Source: Alphaproteobacteria bacterium
GTDB taxonomy: Bacteria; Pseudomonadota; Alphaproteobacteria; MPNO01; UBA830
NCBI GenBank assembly: GCA_965243135.1
Contig: OZ251539.1
Location: 4,736,001-4,800,000, forward strand
Direction: 5' to 3'
Length of the DNA stretch: 64,000 bases
The stretch's first letter is position 1; every line of letters begins with the position of its first letter. The translations under genes and the position numbers were made by a program. The notes beneath the pieces are model-generated. The model searched no databases. It was not told the DNA's origin and was given only the letters and a program-made list of their open reading frames with translations. Below, in pieces: positions 9,871-19,355 of the stretch.

Positions 9871-10224
9871 TCATCGCCGACGAGGCCCGCGACTGCCGCC
9901 TTTCGGCATGTCGTCGAAGCCAAGCGAGCCGAAACAAGCGGCGCTCGCCGGGACTTGGACTCCGGCTGCGAATGCAACATTGCGGAGCGTTTCTTCCGCA
10001 AGATCGATGAATGAAGCGTCGGTGGGCGTTCGATTTCGCAATGAATGCAACTGATTGGCTTTGCGAAGAACCGACTCGAGAATCGAGTCCGGATACCGGT
10101 CTTCAGTCTCCTGCACGGAGATGAACAGGCCTTCTCCGGTCTTCCAAAGACGACTCGTTTTCATGAGAGTTCTTGCAGGCTCAAGCCCGTCGCGCTCAAG
10201 TTCGGACCAAAATTCCTTTTCCGA
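9871..10224 (-). pseudogene. HicA-like small protein lacking an in-frame start for its N-terminal part
   Basis: SEKEFWSELERDGLEPARTLMKTSRLWKTGEGLFISVQETEDRYPDSILESVLRKA follows the stop of the HicB-like gene in the same frame. The pattern resembles the HicA helix-3 strand-helix layout. Confidence 0.4.
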
Positions 10225-10524
10225 TTACGCAGTGAACTGCGTAGCCGCGCTCCCGGTCGGCACCGTCAACCATGGATAGTCATGGGCATCGCGCGCTTCG
10301 CGGTAGGCTCCCTCAATCACCTCGACCTCGACACCGAATTGCGCCTTGTACAGAGCCTTGATGGTGATCGGCACATCCTCAAATACGGCCGAGACGTCCG
10401 GATTAGCCACGTAAAGCCCCGGCAAGTCGGAACTCCTCGCCTCATACCAGCCATTGCGATCGCGTCGAACGGCGACTCGGACGACCTCTACGGGGCTCGT
10501 CGGAGCGACGTTGTCCTTGATCAT
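10225..10524 (-). CDS. DUF1902/HicB-like antitoxin-fold protein
   Basis: GWYEARSSDLPGLYVANPDVSAVFEDVP is a HicB/DUF1902-type motif; the segment is lower in GC. Confidence 0.7.
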   Translation of the reverse strand: MIKDNVAPTSPVEVVRVAVRRDRNGWYEARSSDLPGLYVANPDVSAVFEDVPITIKALYKAQFGVEVEVIEGAYREARDAHDYPWLTVPTGSAATQFTA

Positions 10525-10809
10525 GCTTTCACCCCCATGCTGCATTCTTCGGCTTTCCGACGGTCCGGGAACGCTGTGCGCGATTCCAGTCTCCGAAGGC
10601 GACATCGGTTGACTACCCTCGTGGCGGGCCCTCTCGCCGGTTGTAGGCAGCCGGTAGCCCGACCAATCGTGTTGGCTCGCCGCTTCTGACCGTATGGTTA
10701 AGGTAGCACCGGCGAATTCCGATTTCAATCGGCGATCGCTCGCAATCGAACGACGCAAAGTCAATATTTGGAAACGAATTCGACGATTTATAGGGCGCGT
10801 ACGTCAAAT

Positions 10810-11347
10810 TTGTTGCGCTATCCGCCGTTCCCAAAAAAAAACCCTCGAAGCGCCCATTGAGCATGGAACATCGACGTCCGCACCCCGAACGGTCCACCGT
10901 TTCCGTTTCAACTGGCTGCCGACAGTTGCAACCGGCCTCGGCGACGCCGGAGGACAAACGGTGCGCACGGAACTTTGCGTATGCGCCCGCGTGCGCATGG
11001 CAGCGGGGGAAAACGAGGTTTCCCAGCTCCCGGCCCCGCGGGCGAATCCCGGTGTTGCAGGCGTTGCAGCGGTAGTACGCCCGGTCGAGCTTCGCCCAAC
11101 GCCGTTGCGAAGGTTTTCGGGTGCCGGCCCGTGGACTTCTCCTCCATGTGACGCGCGATTGAAGGTCCAACGCGGTCGGAACGGTTGGACCGATTGGCAA
11201 CGGCGCGGGCGACGGTCTCCGTCCGCGTCGCCGCGGTTTCGACAGCCTTCCCGTCATCCCGTCTCCGACCAAGCGGTTTATCGACGCTTCCGCCGCGGCC
11301 TCGAAAGTCTTTTCACTTCGTCGCCGCGAGCCAATCGCGCATCGCAT
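10810..11347 (-). pseudogene. ISKra4-family transposase remnant
   Basis: Frameshifted fragments KTFATALGE, LDRAYYRCNAC, YAKFRA..SSGVAEAGC, LKR..WTVRGA, FWERR. The central catalytic region is missing. Confidence 0.75.
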
Positions 11348-11655
11348 ATCCGATCGCTTACCTCGATCAATTGCTGGACCAGTTCGCGAAGCCGCTTGTA
11401 CTCCTCAATCTGCACACGGGTCTGAGCTTCCGCGGTAGCGGGAATGGATCTGCATCGCGTCTTGCCGTTCACCTTTCGAGTCAGTTGAAGGTACGGCCCA
11501 TGTCCCGGCCCCTTCGCGCAATGGCAACCGGGTTTGCCGCATTTGCGGAATTGGGCGGTCAGGGAACCTTGGCGAAGGTCTCCGATTTCGGACAACTGAC
11601 GGAGAACGTCGGCGCGATGTTGCAGAAGGATTTCCAAGTCTTGGGGCGTGGGCAT
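11278..11655 (-). CDS. DUF6788-like IS-associated zinc-finger protein
   Basis: IGDLRQGSL..FRKCGKPGCHCAKGPGHGPY, typical of the ORF upstream of ISKra4 transposases. Confidence 0.8.
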   Translation of the reverse strand: MPTPQDLEILLQHRADVLRQLSEIGDLRQGSLTAQFRKCGKPGCHCAKGPGHGPYLQLTRKVNGKTRCRSIPATAEAQTRVQIEEYKRLRELVQQLIEVSDRICDARLARGDEVKRLSRPRRKRR

Positions 11656-12103
11656 GGCGCATCCTGTATGCGGCATACAGAAAACGTAGGCTCTCTCTAG
11701 CGTCAATTCAAATCTCAAGAAATTGACGTACGCCCAATGTACTGCGTTCATTTGAACTAATACGCAAAATACGGCGCACTGAAGGATAGAGCGCTGTATG
11801 CTGCAAGCGGTTTCCGCCATGCGTAGAGACTTCGCACCCTTCGCACCCCGCAAGGAGGCCGGATTTTTTTTGGCGGCGGCGCTCGACCAGCTGGCGCTGG
11901 ACAGGCCCGCTTGGTCGCCTCGAAGCAGAACCATGGAGCCGTGAAATTCCGACCGAGCGTCTCGGCGCTGGCCGAAGACCTTTGCCATTCGCTCGAAACC
12001 GCGCGGGATTCCGTTCTCCCGAAATCCCGTATATTTAGGGTTCGGCCTTTCGGCGATTCGCCGAACAACGGTCGGTTCTGCGCGTCCGGGATTTTCCGCC
12101 TCG

Positions 12104-13078
12104 TTACCGAGGCGGTCTTCTCGGAGCGCCCGTCCGGAGTCGAACGGAAACGGTGCGGAACCTCCCGGCCAGCGCGCCGTAGCGCGGGGCCGCAATCATT
12201 GCCGCCGCCTGAAGCGCGCCCGCGACGACCGCAATCATCCCGGCCGCGCTCAACGAGCTTTCGCTTTGCCAGAGCCGGGGGCCGAACGCCGCCGCCGCGT
12301 AGCCGACCGTCCCGGCCAGGACCGCCGCTGCGACGCTGAGCAGGACTTGGCGCGACAGTCTGTCGGTCAGCATCCGCGCGGTCGCTGCGGGACAAACGAA
12401 CATGGCCACGACAAGAAGCGAGCCGACCGCTTCGAACGCCGCCACGGCCGCAAGCGCCGTCGCGACGGTCAGCCCCGCGGAAATCGCGCGCGCCGGCAGG
12501 CCGAGCGCGGCGGCCAATTCCGGATCGAAGGCGGTCAGTTTCAGTTCCTTGAAGAACGCGGCGGCCATGAGCGCCATCGCGAGGGCGACCGCAGCCAAAG
12601 CGACCAAGGGACGCGGGAGCCGAGCCAGCGCCTCGGCGCTCGTCGCGTCGTCCCATGTCGCGACGCCCAACCACAGCGTGGATTCGAGGTTGCCGTAGAG
12701 CGCGTGATCGGCATCCAGATGCACGTCCGCCGCGTCCGCCTGTTCGAGGAGAAGGATGCCGGCCGCGAACATGACGGTGAAGACCACGCCCATTGCCGCG
12801 CCCGCTTCCATTCTTCCCGCTCTCCGTATCGCTTCGGACAGCGCGGCCGCGAACGCCGCGGCTCCCATCGCGCCGAGCATCAACGGCAACGTCGCGAGGG
12901 CGCCTGCCGCCAGGAACCCGACGACGATGCCGGGCAGCACCGCATGGGAGACGGCGTCCCCGAGCAGCGCTTGCCGGCGCAGGACCAGGAAATTACCCGG
13001 AAGCGCGCAGCAAACCGCCGCCAGAACCGCCGTCAGCGCCGCCGGGAGATCGACCGTCAGAAAATCCTCGACGGTCAT
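12104..13078 (-). CDS. Mn/Zn/Fe ABC transporter permease (TroD-like)
   Basis: GNFLVLRRQALLGDAVSHAVLPG, KELKLTAFDP, AFEAVGSLLV. ATGA overlap with the upstream permease. Confidence 0.92.
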   Translation of the reverse strand: MTVEDFLTVDLPAALTAVLAAVCCALPGNFLVLRRQALLGDAVSHAVLPGIVVGFLAAGALATLPLMLGAMGAAAFAAALSEAIRRAGRMEAGAAMGVVFTVMFAAGILLLEQADAADVHLDADHALYGNLESTLWLGVATWDDATSAEALARLPRPLVALAAVALAMALMAAAFFKELKLTAFDPELAAALGLPARAISAGLTVATALAAVAAFEAVGSLLVVAMFVCPAATARMLTDRLSRQVLLSVAAAVLAGTVGYAAAAFGPRLWQSESSLSAAGMIAVVAGALQAAAMIAAPRYGALAGRFRTVSVRLRTGAPRRPPR

Positions 13079-13998
13079 CGCGTTTCGCGTTTCGCCGGTT
13101 CGGGCGACGGCGAACCGCCGGCTGCCGCGGTCCGCAAACGGCGGACGTTGCGAGGGACGACGCCGCGCGGCGCGAACAGCAGACTGACGGCGAATATCGC
13201 GCCGGCGGCGAGAACGATCACGGAGCCGGTCGGCACGTTCGGAAAGGCTGCCGAAAGGATCCCTCCGACGCCTCCCGCGAATCCGCCGAAGAAGCCGGAT
13301 ATCGCGATCATGCGCCCGAGCCGGTCGGTCCAGAAACGCGCAGCCGCCGGCGGTATGACGACGAGGGCCACGATCAGCACCAGTCCGGCCGTCTTCAGCC
13401 CGATGGCGACGACTGCGAGCAGCAGGCCCAGCATGATCCGGTCGATCATGGCCACGTTCCAGCCCAACGAGGCTGCGAAATCCTCGTCGAACGCGACCGC
13501 GCCGAACTCCTTGAGAAGAAGGACCGAAGCGGTTGCAACGGCGACCGATGCGCCGCCGATCAGCAACGCCTCGCCGGACGACAGCGCCGCCGCCGAACCG
13601 AGAAGAAAACTGCCGAGACCGGCGCGTCCGCTCGCTTCCAGCGTCTGGATATGGGTCAGCAGCACCACGCCCAGTCCGAAGGAGACGCCGAGCACGGAAG
13701 CGATCGCCGTATCTTCCGGAAGCCGCGTGTTGTCCCGGATCCATTGCACGGCGAGAAGGCCGGTCGCGCCGGCTACGGCCGCGCCGAGCGTCAGCGCGCC
13801 GAGGTCGCGCCCCGTGCCGCCGAGCCAGAAGGCGACCAGAAACCCGAGCGCGATCCCGGGGAGGGTCGCATGGCCGATGGCTTCGGAGATCAGGGCCCGG
13901 TTGCGGAGATACGGGAAGACGCCGACGACTCCGGCGCCGGCCCCGAGCGAAACGACGCCCATCAGTACGACCGCGGTGTTGTACCCCGCGAACGACAT
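13075..13998 (-). CDS. Mn/Zn/Fe ABC transporter permease (TroC-like)
   Basis: LRNRALISEAIGHATLPG, KEFGAVAFDEDFA, PPAAARFWT. Confidence 0.92.
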   Translation of the reverse strand: MSFAGYNTAVVLMGVVSLGAGAGVVGVFPYLRNRALISEAIGHATLPGIALGFLVAFWLGGTGRDLGALTLGAAVAGATGLLAVQWIRDNTRLPEDTAIASVLGVSFGLGVVLLTHIQTLEASGRAGLGSFLLGSAAALSSGEALLIGGASVAVATASVLLLKEFGAVAFDEDFAASLGWNVAMIDRIMLGLLLAVVAIGLKTAGLVLIVALVVIPPAAARFWTDRLGRMIAISGFFGGFAGGVGGILSAAFPNVPTGSVIVLAAGAIFAVSLLFAPRGVVPRNVRRLRTAAAGGSPSPEPAKRETR

Positions 13999-14000
13999 GT

Positions 14001-14741
14001 TCAGGCGCCGTCGGTCCGGAACGTCGGCAGGCGGCCGCCATAGGCGGCCTGAAGCGCGCGTTCGGTCATCGCGTCGCGAACGGTGCCGACCGCGTAAGGA
14101 CGCACGTTCAGAACGAGCGCATGGTCGAAGTACTCCGCGACGGTGCGCAGGTCGTGATGCACGCAGACGATCGCCGCGCCCGCGTCGCGCATCCCGCGCA
14201 TGAGATCGACGATCGTTCGTTCGGTTGCCGCATCGACGCCGGCGAAAGGCTCGTCCATCAGGTAGAGGCGCGCCTCCTGAGCGAGCGCGCGCGCAAAGAA
14301 GACGCGCTGCTGCTGGCCGCCCGAGAGCTGGCCGATCTGCCGGTCGGCGAAGGCGGCCATGCCTACGCGGTCAAGAAGGGTTCTCGCGGCGTCGCGATGC
14401 CGCCGCCGCACCGGCCGGCACCAACCGATCTTGCGGTACAGGCCCATAGCGACGACATCCAGCGCCGACGCGGGAAAATCCCAATCCACGCTGTTCCGTT
14501 GCGGGACGTAGGCGACGACGCTTCCGGATTCGCGCGGCGTTCGGCCGAAGATGCGGGTTTCGCCCGCAAGTCGCGGCACGAGTCCGAGCGCCGCCTTGAG
14601 CAGGGTCGACTTGCCCGCGCCGTTGGGTCCGACGATTGCGCTCAGCGAGCCCGCCGGCACGTCGTAGTCGACGTCGCGGATCGCGGTCCGGTCGCGATAG
14701 GCGACGGCCAGGCCGCGAACCGAGAGGGCGGCGGCCGTCAC
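14001..14741 (-). CDS. Mn/Zn/Fe ABC transporter ATP-binding protein (TroB-like)
   Basis: GPNGAGKSTL, YVPQR..VDWDFP, LSGGQQQR, LMDEPFAGVD, VHHDL. Confidence 0.95.
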   Translation of the reverse strand: MTAAALSVRGLAVAYRDRTAIRDVDYDVPAGSLSAIVGPNGAGKSTLLKAALGLVPRLAGETRIFGRTPRESGSVVAYVPQRNSVDWDFPASALDVVAMGLYRKIGWCRPVRRRHRDAARTLLDRVGMAAFADRQIGQLSGGQQQRVFFARALAQEARLYLMDEPFAGVDAATERTIVDLMRGMRDAGAAIVCVHHDLRTVAEYFDHALVLNVRPYAVGTVRDAMTERALQAAYGGRLPTFRTDGA

Positions 14742-14743
14742 GT

Positions 14744-15661
14744 TCAGCGCCGGATCGACGCGTATTGTCCCGCCGCGCCGCCGAGCGCGCGCACGATCGT
14801 GCCGACGTTATGGTCGAACATGCCCAGATAGGTCGCCGCGCGTCCGTCGCCGAGCGCGTCCGAATACAATGCGCCGCCGACGCGAACCGCGTGCCCCCGG
14901 GCGGCGGCCCCCTCGATCAAGGCCGTCGCGCCGCGATCCGATACGCTGGTTTCGACGAAGATCGCGCCGATTCGCCGTTCCGCCAGCGCGTCGACGAGTT
15001 CTTCGATCTTGCGGATCCCGGCTTCGCTTTCGGTGCTGACGCCCTGGATGGCCAGCACGTCGATGCCGTAGGCCCTTCCGAAGTACCCGAAGGCGTCGTG
15101 CATGGTCACCAGCGCCCGGGCGCGCGCCGGTATCGATGCGACGGCCGCGCGCGACCGCGCGTCCAGATCCTTCATTTTCGCGAAATACGCGGACGCGTTC
15201 CTCCGATAGATCGGCGCGTTGTCCGGATCGACGTCTTCCAGCGCGCCGACCGCCGCGTCGAGAGCGCGCATCCACAGCATCGGGTCCATCCAGACATGCG
15301 GGTCGAGCGTTCTGCCGCTCCGCCGCAGCAACCCTGTCCCGGTCAGCGACTCCGCGACGGCGACGACCGGTTTGCGGCGCGAGAAGCGCGCCATCATGTC
15401 CTGCATCTGGGCTTCGAGATGCAGGCCGTTGTAGAGGATCAGGTCGGCGCGGGTCAGGCGGAGGACGTCGGCGCGGGTCAGGCGGTAGAGATGAGGGTCG
15501 ACTCCCTTGCCCATCAGGGTCTGCACGCGCGCTTTGCCGTCGGCGATGACGCGCAGCGGCTCGCCGATCTGCGCAATGGTGACGACGACGCTCTTCATGG
15601 CCGCCGCGCCCGGCGCGACGGCGAGAAACGCTGCGAATGCCAGCAAAACGGCCCGTTTCAT
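14744..15661 (-). CDS. Mn/Zn/Fe ABC transporter substrate-binding protein (TroA-like)
   Basis: Signal peptide, GVDPHLY, NGLHLE, DPHVWMDP, HDAFGYF, LYSDALG. Confidence 0.94.
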   Translation of the reverse strand: MKRAVLLAFAAFLAVAPGAAAMKSVVVTIAQIGEPLRVIADGKARVQTLMGKGVDPHLYRLTRADVLRLTRADLILYNGLHLEAQMQDMMARFSRRKPVVAVAESLTGTGLLRRSGRTLDPHVWMDPMLWMRALDAAVGALEDVDPDNAPIYRRNASAYFAKMKDLDARSRAAVASIPARARALVTMHDAFGYFGRAYGIDVLAIQGVSTESEAGIRKIEELVDALAERRIGAIFVETSVSDRGATALIEGAAARGHAVRVGGALYSDALGDGRAATYLGMFDHNVGTIVRALGGAAGQYASIRR

Positions 15662-15711
15662 GGATTTATCCGAACAGTGATCTTCCGCAAAGGTAATCTA
15701 GGATTCATCTG

Positions 15712-15771
15712 AAACTTTGCAAGGGCTAAATTTATAAAGTCCGGCTAATTTAGTTAGCAGCAGCTAACTTT
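15712..15771. promoter_or_regulatory. Two tandem MntR/DtxR-like operator boxes upstream of the metal ABC operon
   Basis: AAACTTTGC-N4-GCTAAATTT (15712-15733) and TTAGTTAGC-N4-GCTAACTTT (15750-15771) resemble the proteobacterial MntR box AAACATAGC-N4-GCTATGTTT. Confidence 0.65.
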
Positions 15772-16163
15772 TTGCCGGAAAGGACGACGTCCTCCGGGGC
15801 CGCGCGCCGGTCCGGCTGTCGCTGCCGCGCTTCGGGTCGAAGAAGGGCCGGACAATGGCGAAGCGCGGGCCGTTTCAACCGGAAGGGGTTCGCGCGAACC
15901 AGTCAACCGGACGCCCGCAGCTGGCTTCCGCACCGCGAGCGCCGGGCGAGAACGGCGGGTTGCTTCTTCTGCGCCCGGAGCGCGTTTCGAGCGGAGACGG
16001 AAAACGCGGACGCCGCGTTCGAAGCGAAGGCGACGGAATCGCCGCCGCTCCGGTTCTCGATTTCGCGCGGCGGCCTCGAGAGCCGGACGACCGCGGCCGG
16101 CGGCCGCGCGCTGGAGGGGATCGTTCGGCGGAAACGCTCGCGGTCCGGCAGCCGGGGCCGAAC

Positions 16164-16460
16164 CTACAATTTTTCGACCAGTTTGCGGGCCTGATCGGCA
16201 ACGTCGGGCGGCACCCGCCAAGAATTGATTATCGTGATCAAGGCATCCTTTTCCCGACCGGCCTTGAAAATGGCCTTCGCGCAGCTTGCGCGCAATTTGC
16301 GCGACGCTTCGGCATAGCCGGGTTCCCTAGATTCCAGCAACTCCGCGGTTTCGTCGACCGACCGGGCCGACGGGAAAGATTCCTTGAACAATTCGAAATG
16401 CTTCACGAAGAAAACCTTGCCGATTTGCCTCAAGTGCCTGTCGATCTGCTTGTCTTCCAT
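16164..16460 (-). CDS. Hypothetical protein (98 aa, helical)
   Basis: Balanced protein-like composition and lower GC than the flanks; no recognisable catalytic motif. Confidence 0.65.
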   Translation of the reverse strand: MEDKQIDRHLRQIGKVFFVKHFELFKESFPSARSVDETAELLESREPGYAEASRKLRASCAKAIFKAGREKDALITIINSWRVPPDVADQARKLVEKL

Positions 16461-16789
16461 TGAAGAGGTCTCCCGCGCAAATTTTCCGCGATTCCGCCGG
16501 GACGAGTCCGGTCGTCCGACGATCGATGGTCCGCGGATTCATACAATATCCTCGCCCGTCCCGGAAATCGGGCGAACCGGGAAATGACAGGCGCCGCCGG
16601 GCGGCGGCGAACGCGCGCTCTCGGACGCTCTTCGGGAGTCGCAAGGCGGAGCTGTCCGCGGCGGACGGTTCGGCGTCGCCGTCCGCCGAGAAGCCTTCCG
16701 GCGCTTCGGGGCGATGGGCGGCTTCCCGCGGCCCGGCCCGTTCGCGGCGGGGCGCGCCGCCTCCCGACGCCGTCGCGCCGGCCGCGAAA

Positions 16790-17161
16790 TCACGCGAGTT
16801 TACGGTATCTCGGATTGTCTTCGGCGAGCCGCGCCAGAACGTCGTTGCGCAGTAGCGCCGCCGCGCGGGGATCGTCGTCCAGCGCTCCGGAGCGCAAGTC
16901 GGCCGCGAAGCGCCGGTTCAGACGGTCGAGCGCGTCCTCGTCGCTCTCTTCTTCCCGCGCGCCGTACAGCTCCTCCAACGCCCGCCGTTCGCCGGGCCAC
17001 GGAGTCGGGCCTCCTTCCGTTTCCCGCCGGGCGATGCCGACGGCGGAGGCGACCAGCGCGACATTGTAGCGCTGGCGAACGGACAGGTCGGCGGCGATCT
17101 CCTCGGCGAGGGTCTTGCCGACGATGTCCAGCAGTTCGGCTGCGCGGGGCCGGTCGCGCAT
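16790..17161 (-). CDS. DUF6285 / LvaB-like small partner of the phosphotransferase
   Basis: MRDRPRAAELL...ARLAEDNPRY; coupled to the upstream kinase (TGATG). Confidence 0.8.
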   Translation of the reverse strand: MRDRPRAAELLDIVGKTLAEEIAADLSVRQRYNVALVASAVGIARRETEGGPTPWPGERRALEELYGAREEESDEDALDRLNRRFAADLRSGALDDDPRAAALLRNDVLARLAEDNPRYRKLA

Positions 17162-18144
17162 CACGCCGCGCCCGTCAGCCTGAGGCATTCGTATTCGAGC
17201 TCGGCAAGCTTGCGGCCGATCAGCGCCAACTCGAGGTTCGGCTCGGCGCCCGACCGGTGGCGCATCGCCTGATGAAGCGCGATGATCGCCCAGCGGACAT
17301 GCGCGATAGTTTCCCACCACCGGATCGTTTCCGCGTCCGTGGCGCGGCCCGACGCGCTTTCGTAGGCGCGGTAGAACTCGTCCCTGTCGGCGATGCCGCC
17401 CGCTTCGCGCTCGGGCGCCGAAAACCGCCAGCACCGCGCGCAGAACCAGGCGAGATCCTCGTGCGGATCGCCCCATCCCGCGAACTCCCAATCGAGGACG
17501 CCGGTCACGCGGTCGCCGTCGGCCATGTAGTTGCCGGTACGGAAGTCGCGGTGGCACAGGACGATTTCGCGCGCCGCCGGAGCCCTCGCTTCCAGTCGCC
17601 GAAGGGTCCATTCGAGGGCGGGGTGCGGTTCCGAAGCCTCGTCCAGGTATCTCCGGTACTTCGCGACCGCCTCCAGCGCCGGAGAGGAGGGGGCGGGACC
17701 GAGGAAGCCGAGCGCATCGTTCGGCGGCGCGATCGCGTGAATCCGCGCGAGCTCTTCCCCGAGCCGGACGGCGAGGCCGGGCCGCGGTCCGCCGCGGGTG
17801 ATCCGCGTCGCCATCGATTCGCCGAATACCCGGCGCATCACGTAGAAGGGCTTGCCGTTCACCGCCGGATCGGCGCAATGCCACAACGGCTCGGGCACGG
17901 TGACTCCCGCCGCCGCCGCCGTCTCGAGAAGCGCGAACTGCTGGCCGAGCGGGCGGCTTTCCGGCACCGCCGCCGCAGGCTCCGAACGCAGCACGAATCG
18001 CTGCCGGCCCGCGAACGGCCCGCCTTCGAAGACCGCCGTCAGCGCCCGGTTTTCCTGTATCGCGCCGCCGACGAGCCGTTCCTCTTCCTCGACGACGACG
18101 CGGTCGGCGCGCGCCGCCTCGCGCAGGAACGCCGCCAGCGGCAC
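17161..18144 (-). CDS. APH-family phosphotransferase (LvaA / ACAD10-11 kinase-like)
   Basis: GGAIQEN, LCHRDFRTGNYM, GVLDWEFAGWGDPHEDLAW. Confidence 0.9.
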   Translation of the reverse strand: MPLAAFLREAARADRVVVEEEERLVGGAIQENRALTAVFEGGPFAGRQRFVLRSEPAAAVPESRPLGQQFALLETAAAAGVTVPEPLWHCADPAVNGKPFYVMRRVFGESMATRITRGGPRPGLAVRLGEELARIHAIAPPNDALGFLGPAPSSPALEAVAKYRRYLDEASEPHPALEWTLRRLEARAPAAREIVLCHRDFRTGNYMADGDRVTGVLDWEFAGWGDPHEDLAWFCARCWRFSAPEREAGGIADRDEFYRAYESASGRATDAETIRWWETIAHVRWAIIALHQAMRHRSGAEPNLELALIGRKLAELEYECLRLTGAA

Positions 18145-18146
18145 GG

Positions 18147-19343
18147 TCAGCCCCAGCTCCAGAAGTCGCGCGCCTCGTCCAGCAGGTAGCGCGCCAGCAC
18201 CATCTTGTGGGTTTCGGAAGAACCGTCCACGAGGCGGGCCTGGCGCGCGTAGCGGTAGATCCATTCGAGCGGCGTGTCCCTGGAGTACCCCTGTGCGCCG
18301 CGCAGCTGGATCGCCGTGTCGACCGCCTTGTGGAGCGTCTCCGACACCGCGATCTTGGCCATCGAGACCTCCTTGCGCGCGAAGTGGCCCGCGTCCAGGC
18401 GGGCGGCGGCGCGCATGGTGAGCAGGCGGCCGACGTCGATCTGCATCGCGGCTTCGCCCAGCAGCCACTGCACGCCCTCGTGCGACGCCAGCGCGTCGCC
18501 GAACGCGCGGCGCTCCCGGACGTAGTCGAAGCACTCCTCGAGCGCGCGGCGGGCCAGCCCGGTCCAGCGCATGCAGTGGGTCAGCCGGGCGGTGCCCAGC
18601 CGGATCTGGGTCACCTTGAGACCGTCTCCGACTTCCATCAGCCTGTTCTCGTCGGGGATCTCGAGGCCGTCGAACTCGATTTCGCAATGTCCGCCGTGCT
18701 CTTCCGGCCCCATGATGGGAATCCGCCGGACGATCTTCCAGCCGGGCTGCTCCGCGTCGAACAGAAACGCCGTGAGGCCTCTGCGCTCGTCGACCGAGGT
18801 GCGGGCGACGAGAATGAAATGCTTCGCCTCGCCGGCGCCCGTGATGAACCATTTGCGTCCGCGAACCGTCCAAACGCCGCCCTTCTTCTCGGCCGTGGTG
18901 CGCATCATCGAGGGATCGGAACCGGACCCCGGCGCCGGTTCGGTCATCGCGAACGCGGAACGCGCCTCGCCGTCGACGATCGGTTGCAGCCACCGGTCCT
19001 TCTGGGCTTCGGTCCCGATCCGTTCGAGGACGATCATGTTGCCGTCGTCGGGCGCCGCCGAATTGAAGCAGACCGGGCCAAAGATCGACCGGTTCATTTC
19101 CTCGTAGCAGGCCGCGAGCCCGATCGCGGGCAGTCCGCCGCCGCCGCGGGCGACCGGCATCTGCAAGGCCCACAGCCCGGCCTCCTTCACCCTCTCCCGG
19201 ACGCGCTCGAGAACGTCTTTCGCGATGTTCTCGTGCTCGTCGTAATTGGCCCTATCTTTTTCGAGAGGAATGACGTGGTCGTCCACGAACGCGCGCACGC
19301 GTTCGCGAACGGCGTCGATCTCCGGCGGCAGCGCAAAGTCCAT
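18147..19343 (-). CDS. Acyl-CoA dehydrogenase family protein (LvaC / ACAD10-11-like)
   Basis: APDDGNM, FAMTEPAPGSGSDP, ARLTHCMRW. RLVDGSSETH has Asp where canonical ACADs have the IYEG Glu. Confidence 0.92.
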   Translation of the reverse strand: MDFALPPEIDAVRERVRAFVDDHVIPLEKDRANYDEHENIAKDVLERVRERVKEAGLWALQMPVARGGGGLPAIGLAACYEEMNRSIFGPVCFNSAAPDDGNMIVLERIGTEAQKDRWLQPIVDGEARSAFAMTEPAPGSGSDPSMMRTTAEKKGGVWTVRGRKWFITGAGEAKHFILVARTSVDERRGLTAFLFDAEQPGWKIVRRIPIMGPEEHGGHCEIEFDGLEIPDENRLMEVGDGLKVTQIRLGTARLTHCMRWTGLARRALEECFDYVRERRAFGDALASHEGVQWLLGEAAMQIDVGRLLTMRAAARLDAGHFARKEVSMAKIAVSETLHKAVDTAIQLRGAQGYSRDTPLEWIYRYARQARLVDGSSETHKMVLARYLLDEARDFWSWG

Positions 19344-19355
19344 GTCCGCGATTCC

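Larger units (their letters stand above)
10793..11735 (-). mobile_element. Internally deleted ISKra4-family insertion sequence (about 0.94 kb)
   Basis: Terminal inverted repeats GCGTACGTCAAATTT (from about 10797) and AAATTGACGTACGCCC (ending 11735). Contains an intact DUF6788-like ORF and transposase fragments. Confidence 0.75.

Noticed and set aside
10781-11745. Target-site duplication around the ISKra4 remnant
   Set aside because: The flanks (CGATTTATA and AATGTACTG) do not match.
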